This document shows, piece after piece, positions 50,601 to 64,000 of a stretch of 64,000 nucleotides of DNA (within the stretch, counting starts at the first letter, position 1; each line of letters opens with the position of its first letter). Under the pieces are notes generated by a model. It did not search any database. It was not told the origin of the DNA and was given only the letters and a program-made list of their open reading frames with translations. The position numbers and the translations under genes were made by a program. The DNA comes from Takakia lepidozioides (lineage: Eukaryota; Plantae; Bryophyta): assembly GCA_030704615.1 (NCBI GenBank), contig CM060733.1, positions 5,642,001-5,706,000 on the forward strand, written 5' to 3'.

Positions 50601-53600
50601 CTCTGCAGCATTCAACCTTGTCAACAAAGGATCCTTCCCGCTCCCGATTACCCGATTTGACCAAGATGATGCATTTAATCGGCTTAATTTGCAGTAGCCA
50701 GTCATACGAAGAAAAATATTCATGCTGTACCCAAAGTATTGAGTGAATGACTCCAGAATGATATCTACTCCAGGTGCATAAGAAAAGAGGAAGAAATAAA
50801 CATTGGCATTTCGACAGGGTAGTGGTTGGACAAGAATCTCACGACTAGGTTGGGAAGGTCAAGCACATCCACTTGGCCTAAAAGTGTAAGTGCTGCTAGC
50901 CCACAAAATGTGTATCTGCAGGTTGGCAAAACCAGCAACAAATCAGTAACAAAGACATGCATCATGTAACAACCTCCAGTGAAGTAGATAAATAATTCTA
51001 CATACATAGGCAATACAGAGCTGCTGCCCTCCAATCCAACCATCAAGGTCAACACAAGGTTCCTGAAGTGTGCTGCAATCCATGATCATCGAAGTTTCGA
51101 CTCAACTGCATGGTTGCTCTGCACAATTAGCTAGCGTGTCTTTGGGAAGTCTCCCCCAAAAACAGCCCTTTTAACCCAAATTCCAGATTTATGCCAATGC
51201 AGAAGATGAATGGAATCTTCCAATGTAGAAGACACAAACTGCTTGTCCAGTACATAGAACCCCAACCCTCCTCCCTTCTCCCCTCCAAAAAATACAAGGG
51301 AAAATTAGGGCCTACGAGGAAGATGTTTGACAAGAAAGAAACTCAACCAGTGTTGGCTAGAGCATAAAGAGGTGAAGGGCTGCCACCAGGTGAACCTCTT
51401 GGCTTTTCCCTCATGGGATATCCTACAGGCGAAACAAAAGAATTTGCCTCTAAGCAATGCAAACAAGAAAGGTCCAAAGGTTCCCTACCCGCCATGTGCT
51501 TCAGCACCTGGTTCCCCACCAATGCCTCCCTCATAAGTCTGGCAGCTGCACTTCAACACCAAGTCATGTTGAGAGGGTCTACCAGCTTCCTATGTACTAC
51601 AGAATTGCGTCCAAGGAAATATCTTGGGGGAAAGAATGTACTTATTAACTGCTTCCTGAGAGCTTTTCCTGTGATGTATACTTTAGGCATTGTGGCATCT
51701 TTCAGGTTGTGATCTTTTACTCACTAGAGTACTTTCTTCTTGATGTTGTGCAGGCAGGTTCAGACTTTTGGCTTGTAGCAGCCTGGCAAGCTTCTATGTC
51801 TGGCCGGTGGCCTCTTATGTAGCTTCTCGCTCCTGCAGCTTTTCTCTACTGTGTACGTTAAGAGCTCTTCCAATGACATTTGAGGACATCTTGTGGCCTT
51901 CCTCTTAGAAAGATAATTAAAGTAAATGAACAGAGAGAAAGAGAGAGAACCTGCGAATGTACTCGGGTAGGTTTTCCACCAGTTGGGGCACAACTATGTC
52001 CAGCAAGTGTGCAACCTGGCCATGCCACTCTCATTTAGTCCTTATTTCGAAAACAAGATGCATAAACCCCGAGTGGGACTCACCAACCAATGATGTGCAG
52101 GCTTAGAGGTCTATCACAAGATTTTTGCCATAAACCCCTAGTCAAGAAGGGAACAGACCAAACAGAGCCCTCGGAGGAAATGGAAGGAAATGGTACTTTA
52201 TAACGTCCGCGGAAAGCTCAAAGAGCTTATGGGACAAAATGGGAGAAAACTTGAGAGCGGAAACTAAACCAGAGCCAAAAAAAACTACTGCTCGAGGGAT
52301 TGTCTAGGGGTGAAGGCCTCGTGGAGAGAGAACAGCAATCATCCAGGGGCATGTACGTTTGCCGTAGCCTTGGGGACATAGACCCCGCGCGCACTTTGGG
52401 CAATAGAATGTACTCATAAGACGTTGTTTGCCGTAGCCTTGTGGCCATTTACCCCGCGTCCAGTTTGAGCGGAAACCAAAGGGACAGAACCTACCTCTGT
52501 CAGGGGCTGACGTTGGTAGTAAGCCTTACCTTGATACATAGAATTGATCCAGGTTTTCCAGATATCCTCTAGAATCCCTTCACACAAGCATCAATCTGCT
52601 GTGTGTGATTTGCCCAAAAACTAGGCCTCAGAAGGGCCTGGGCTTTTGGCTCAGCCTCGAGACTTTCAAAATTGGTAAACAGAGGTACAGGCACAATTCC
52701 CTTGATAGATTTGAAGAGAGCGTCTCTTTGGTGAGAAAACCCTGGACAGTGTATCAGAAAATGAATAGTGTCTTCAGGTTGCCCACACAACGGGCAATTG
52801 CACTCTCCCTTTCCTCTCTGCTTCTGTTTGCTGTTCAAAGGTAGGCTTCCTGCCCTGAGTTTAAATTTCAGTCTAGTGCCGAGAGTGGGTAGACCCTTGA
52901 GGTCATCCAAGATGTCCTCCCCCATGTCACAGACTGGAAACAAGTTCAGGGAAGTTTTCTGCCTAACTTCATTTTCATCAGACAATTTCATGGCAACAGA
53001 CATGGCTTTGGACACTACAGCCTCTAAGTCAGATTTATCCAGCAGGGTCAAGACTCGCGGATCCAGATCCATCTCTTCTACTCTCTTCTGCCAGGACTTA
53101 GCCTGTTTGGCAGGGCGGTCCTGTTTCCAAGATATATAGTCGACTAACTTAGGATATCTGGTGTTGGACATATAGAGAGATAGAAGGAGAAACAAAGAGA
53201 GAAATTGGAAAAGAGAGAATTTATTTTGTTCCCGGGAGGCATGAAGGGCCCAAGGGACAGGTAGAACAACTAGAAACCCACTGCAAAATTCACCGAAGAC
53301 TGCCTACAGACAAAGTGATGAATTCAAATAAGCTGCAAGACCTTTGGGTCCTCAAAAAGAGAGAGGGAGAGCACATTACATATAACTCAAAACTCTCTCA
53401 ATGCATGCATGGGGGTCACGTAAGGAGAAGGTCAACATACAGATATGGCAGTGTAGCAGCCACGCACATCTATCTCGCCTTCTTCATGCATTCTGTGTGT
53501 TTGCAACAACAACAATTTGACTTGGATCACAAAAGTCACTTCTTCACATTTCTGGTATAAATACTGAGGCCTGCATGTTCGTTGGCAGCTGATCCCATGT

Positions 53601-56360
53601 GCTTTGGGCTTTGGGTGATTTCGGGAGACAAGTTCACCCTCCTTTTCTTTGCTTTTTCCCAGTAAAGCAGTTTCATACAACCAACATTAGCCCAGTGGTA
53701 AGGGCACAAGCCGCCTCACTAGAGGTTGTGGGTTCAAACCTGTATGTCCACCTTCCCACCGGAAGGCAATAGCCCTTCGGGGTCAAGTGACACCATAAGT
53801 TACGCTTGCTGTGGTAATGCGGTCACTTTTTTTGAAGACATTTAAATTTTAAAAGCAGTTTATGCCAAACCAAGGGGAAATCATGGTGTCTCTTCATCAT
53901 GAAGGGCTACTGCCTTCTGTTTGGAAGCAGGACGGACACCTTCTAGCAACTGGAACCAGGGCAGTGCGGTTGCTCAAACCTTTCCCCAAGGACTCTAAAG
54001 CCCCCAGATATCCATACATTATGTGACTGGTCGAGTGGTGCCCTTTCATTGAGGAATAGACTGAAATGGGTGGCATCCAACTTACTCGTATATGACTGTA
54101 ACCCAAACAATTGCAAGGTGGCCTTGTGCCCTATCACCAGGCCACCTGTCGGATGCTTGCATATACGAATATAAAGGCCTTGAGAAAAGTTACAATCTTT
54201 CAGTTCAGTCATGGTCACTCTATGTTCATTGCAAAACGACCTGGACGAACCCTAGTAAACTCAAGACATAATAGATTCGAAACTTGAGCTTGCGTTCAAG
54301 CAGGTAGAAGAATACCTGAAGCCTCCAGCAGGTTGTTTCATGCGAAGCAGAAATTGCAGCATCTTTTTCCTGCTCATCTGCCAATGCTTCTTGTTAGAGC
54401 TTCCCAAAAGGCACTTTGTGTACTTCCATATTCAACTTCACAGCGACGACCATCCAGTTGATATCACACTGGGAGTGAAGGACCAAGATGATATAGAAGT
54501 AGATTTTAAGCAGTTCCAGGTGGGAAGACAGCAGAGACCCTCTACCTGTCAATGGAAGCAAGTGCTTGAGCTCCACCCACTGTTACAAGAGTGTTCACTG
54601 CAGCATATGTTGTTGCCAAATGTGGCATCTAAGATCACAACACAATAATCACAAACCATAGAGGTGAGCCAGCTGTCCATAACCACTGAGGGGGTGATGA
54701 CTGAGCCTGAAGACAAATGAACTTAAGTCCACAGTCACTGGACATTACTGAAGGACAACAAAAGAGACTTCCATCAGGGACAATCACATGAAAGTTCTGT
54801 TCTGGAGAGTATTGAATGAGTACGTTTCACTCATAGTGTGTTCCAATATGAAGTCGTAAAAATGGAACAAGTTAAACTGAGCATTATTCAAACATTGCTA
54901 GCAGAAACTCAAGCTGTGAAGGGTATAAAGAATTAGCACACCAGAAGTCCTTCCAGAAGGAAATCCCCCTCTTTAAAACAAATAGCCTTCCCATGTATGC
55001 AGACATCCCCCAGACTAATCTGTGTCATAATGAACTGAGATTTAAGTTCAAAAACTTTCCACCTGTCCTGGTCCACCACCATAGCCACCATTTGGGTCCT
55101 GCACTCAAGAAGAAAGTGCACAAAAGCAATGTTACCTCCTTTCTTTAACCAAGCAAGCTGCAATCCTCAATCCCAATCCTCCCTTTGCTACATGTGCAAA
55201 AATAATAGGCATCTATACTTGCCCACAAAGCTGGCCTCAGAACTCACATGCAACTCAGCGCACAGCATTCTCGAAATGGACTTCTGCTAGAAAGACACCT
55301 GGCAACGTGTGAGAAAGTCCACTGTTCGATTTGCTGTTCCAGGGTCCAAGGGCTCATCGAGCATTGCAAGTGAATGTAAAATCCAGTAGCATAGCCAGGG
55401 CCGGCTGCACAAGTTGCACCCTGACACACTTAAGCTTTGAGCACAGAAACAAAGCCAATGGTGGGGTACCTGTCTCTTTAACTCCTTAACCCTTACACAC
55501 TCACACACCTCTAAGATGATAAAATGACTGCTTTCCTTGTACTGCCATTGCACACTGACATGGAAGCCAAGCAAACGAGTAAGCACACAGTCCACCGATT
55601 ACCTATCCAATGCATCGTAACGTTGAAAAGGCAGATAGACTTTGATAGTTTAGGGATCAAATTTGAAACTTGAGAAAGTCCATACCTGGCATCAAGGACT
55701 GCATATGTGTGGCTAAGGCGCCGAAATCCTCGCTTCAAGTATGCAATATGCTCATCCCTCCAAAGCTCCAGTCTGCCGTCCCTCAGCCCACTTCACTGAT
55801 GATTCACAACAGACGAGGACCAACGCCCACACTGTTCTACTGCCAAGGTTGTGGTTCGCTTCACAAATGACCAGAATCATGTTGCTTTTCCTAGGCGAGG
55901 ATGAGAGGCTTGAATCATTAATATTACACTTGTTTCAAGTCCCATCGCTATCTGACTGGGTTTCACCATTTTTTTTTATTAGAGGCTATCCCAATGAACA
56001 GGCCAATTGGCCAGACAGGTCAAAGCGGTCTTTTCTGCTGATGCAAACAGAGCATGCGGAAGATGGATAAACGGCAGTTCAATATCCTTCACACCTAGCT
56101 TCCTCACAAAGAAAAAATACATGATAGTTGGAAAGAAAGTAAAGGCTCCCGAATTTTCTGCTACTCCATCAATTGACAAAAACCCTAAAAGAGGAGCAAG
56201 ACGATAAAAATAGTGCATTAAAGCGGAAAGGAAAGCGACCATACAGCAGAGAGTGATGTTGCGTGGATGCAGAGGCAAATGCTTTCAATAGCATCCCCAC
56301 ATTGTCTTCCAAGTCTCTCTGCATTCTCTCCGTCGCCGAAGCTGAAGATGAGGCCGCCAT
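47644..56360 (-). CDS. ERA1: Protein farnesyltransferase beta subunit (ERA1/FNTB), ~14 exons
   Basis: LDASRPWLCYWILHSL, GGYGGGPGQMPHLATTYAAVNTL, MHEEGEIDVRGCYTAIS, CQTYEGGIGGEPGAEAHGGYTFCGLA, EGGFQGRTNKLVDGCYSFWQ and GGLRDKPGKSPDHYHTCYCLSGLS. Confidence 0.96.
49289..49660 (+). mobile_element. 5'-truncated LINE (ORF2 C-terminal Cys/His finger plus 3' UTR) in an ERA1 intron
   Basis: GRLEKLQREDQLCPAC...ESEEHFFFQC..YYEI. The 3' UTR TTGTCCCAT.AGCT...GACATTATAAAGTACCATTTC is shared with ~52170-52280 (-) and ~61318-61440. Confidence 0.8.
52357..53195 (-). mobile_element. 5'-truncated LINE in an ERA1 intron
   Basis: TRYPKLV...KFKLRAGSLPLN...CPLCGQPEDTIHFLIHCP, followed by tandem copies of the 3' motif. 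Confidence 0.85.
53688..53835 (+). mobile_element. tRNA-derived SINE
   Basis: A-box TAGCCCAGTGG and B-box GGTTCAAACC, then a unique body and a T-run. Confidence 0.65.
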
Positions 56361-56805
56361 AGCCTGAATAGAAGCCCAAATGAAGCCGATCAAGCCCCCC
56401 AACTAGCTTACCTGCGGATTCCTCCTCCGATATTTCACGACACGACTGTTTCCACGCTCTCTCCACAACCAGACCCGCTTCCACTCCACCCTCGCCTCCG
56501 CGCCAGGGAACATTCATCCACACGAATGTGGAACCGCAAGGTCTCCCCAACCTCATTCGTTCATATCATCCATCGACGTTGACATTATTTGATTTTTGTT
56601 TCCTGAAAAATGGGACATTTGTTTTCACGTCATATTAAGGAGGAAAACATACAATATAGAATAAATAAATAAAAATCCGACGAACGTTGGAGTTGACCAG
56701 TCATTCATCGACGAGCCCATGGATGTCATCCATGTCGTGACCCGGCTGTTCGCTCAAAAGCAAGGTCGCCAAGTCAGACTGCAAGGGCCCGGCTCCCTAG
56801 CGATA

Positions 56806-56875
56806 CACGTGTCACGTTGCGCTGTAGCCCTCTTACACGTGCCAATCTGCTCGTAGAGGCACAAAGTTACGTGTC
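56806..56875. promoter_or_regulatory. G-box/ABRE cluster between the divergent ERA1 and MDAR genes
   Basis: CACGTGTC (56806), CACGTGCC (56836) and ACGTGTC (56869) within 70 bp. Confidence 0.5.
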
Positions 56876-57668
56876 GTCTCGCTCACTGTAGGTAGGCCTG
56901 CTTTACTTGGCAGCATTCTTAGCAGACCAAGAGGACGACGCAGACCAAGACACACACTAAGCTTATAAACTCTTGTTCCTTAACTCATTCTCAACGAAAG
57001 AAATGAGAAGCACATCATGTGTGGATTGAACGAGAAACAAATTCTCTTTGCAACAAATGAAAGAATGAGATGTGGGGCTTAAAGAATACTTGGAGCAAGT
57101 AACAAGAGTGTAAGTGAAGGGGGAGGGAGAAGAAGAAGATGGTGGTGCTGGGTTCAAATCCATTTGTTCGTGGTTGGTGCTGGCAGGGGTTGTTGGATGG
57201 CCTGTGTCCTGCTACATGTTGGACAAGTGGGACTGAGTCCTGACTGGGAGTGTCAAGAGGGGAAAGCACTTTTGGGAGTCAGTGAGAGAGGTAGAAGAAG
57301 AGGGTCTTGGTGCCCTCTTTTGAAATATGACAAACGGTAGGAAAGTTATTGTTTTGTGGAAGTTGAGGGGATGGGAACTTACAGCTTCAGAGGGAAGGTA
57401 GCTGTAGCATATTGTGAGGGAGGGAGGGAGGGAGGGAGGGAGGAGCTGGGGAGGTGAAGGGGAAGGCTTCTCACTGACAGAGGGAGATTGGGAGGATTAA
57501 AAGAGGCTCCTTGCATATATAGAGAGAGTAAACGAGAATTAAAATGACTGAGAAGGTGGAGGGTTATTAAGAGGGTTTGGTTTGGCTTACAGCCCCGTGT
57601 TTGTGTTTGTGTGTGAGGGAGAGAAAGAGAGAGAGATCCTGCTGGTAAACACTTACCCGGTTGAGAAG

Positions 57669-63842
<6,174 letters not shown>

Positions 63843-64000
63843 GTACGTGTAGTGCGTACTGAAATCAAATCCCGCATTTTGTATGATATCTCTGATTTGA
63901 AGGAAAAAGCAGTGCCATGGCATATAGTTAGGAAGGCAAGTTATAGTCTATAGGCTTTGCTAGTAGTGTCATTGGAATATTTATTTGATGGTTAATGAGC

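Noticed and set aside
53688-53760. tRNA gene (also at 44875)
   Set aside because: A and B boxes are present but there is no acceptor stem or cloverleaf; treated as SINEs.

Overview
Eukaryotic, intron-containing land-plant DNA, most likely a non-seed plant with flagellated sperm: it carries an apparently intact CCDC39/FAP59 axonemal gene and PLS-type PPR remnants. Host genes: the 3' end of ornithine aminotransferase, an intronless TEX261/Svp26-family gene, an MDR enoyl-reductase-like gene, a frameshifted 2-oxoglutarate dioxygenase, CCDC39, farnesyltransferase beta (ERA1/FNTB), and the 5' part of an organellar monodehydroascorbate reductase. About 5-25 kb is a transposon nest. It holds a TTAA-flanked piggyBac-type non-autonomous element and a large decayed Helentron-type element (RPA-like gene, ~140-bp tandem array, OTU protease, Rep, Pif1 helicase, AP endonuclease). 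That element is interrupted by a hAT transposon with an 8-bp TSD and by a 3-kb filler holding a foldback and a TAA/TAR gene fragment. The most unusual observations are a ~450-aa N-terminal extension of CCDC39 built from ~94-aa Trp/acidic repeats, the composite Helentron architecture, and an intact gene sitting inside a PPR pseudogene between 120-bp direct repeats. Exon boundaries were read by eye and may be off by a few bases.
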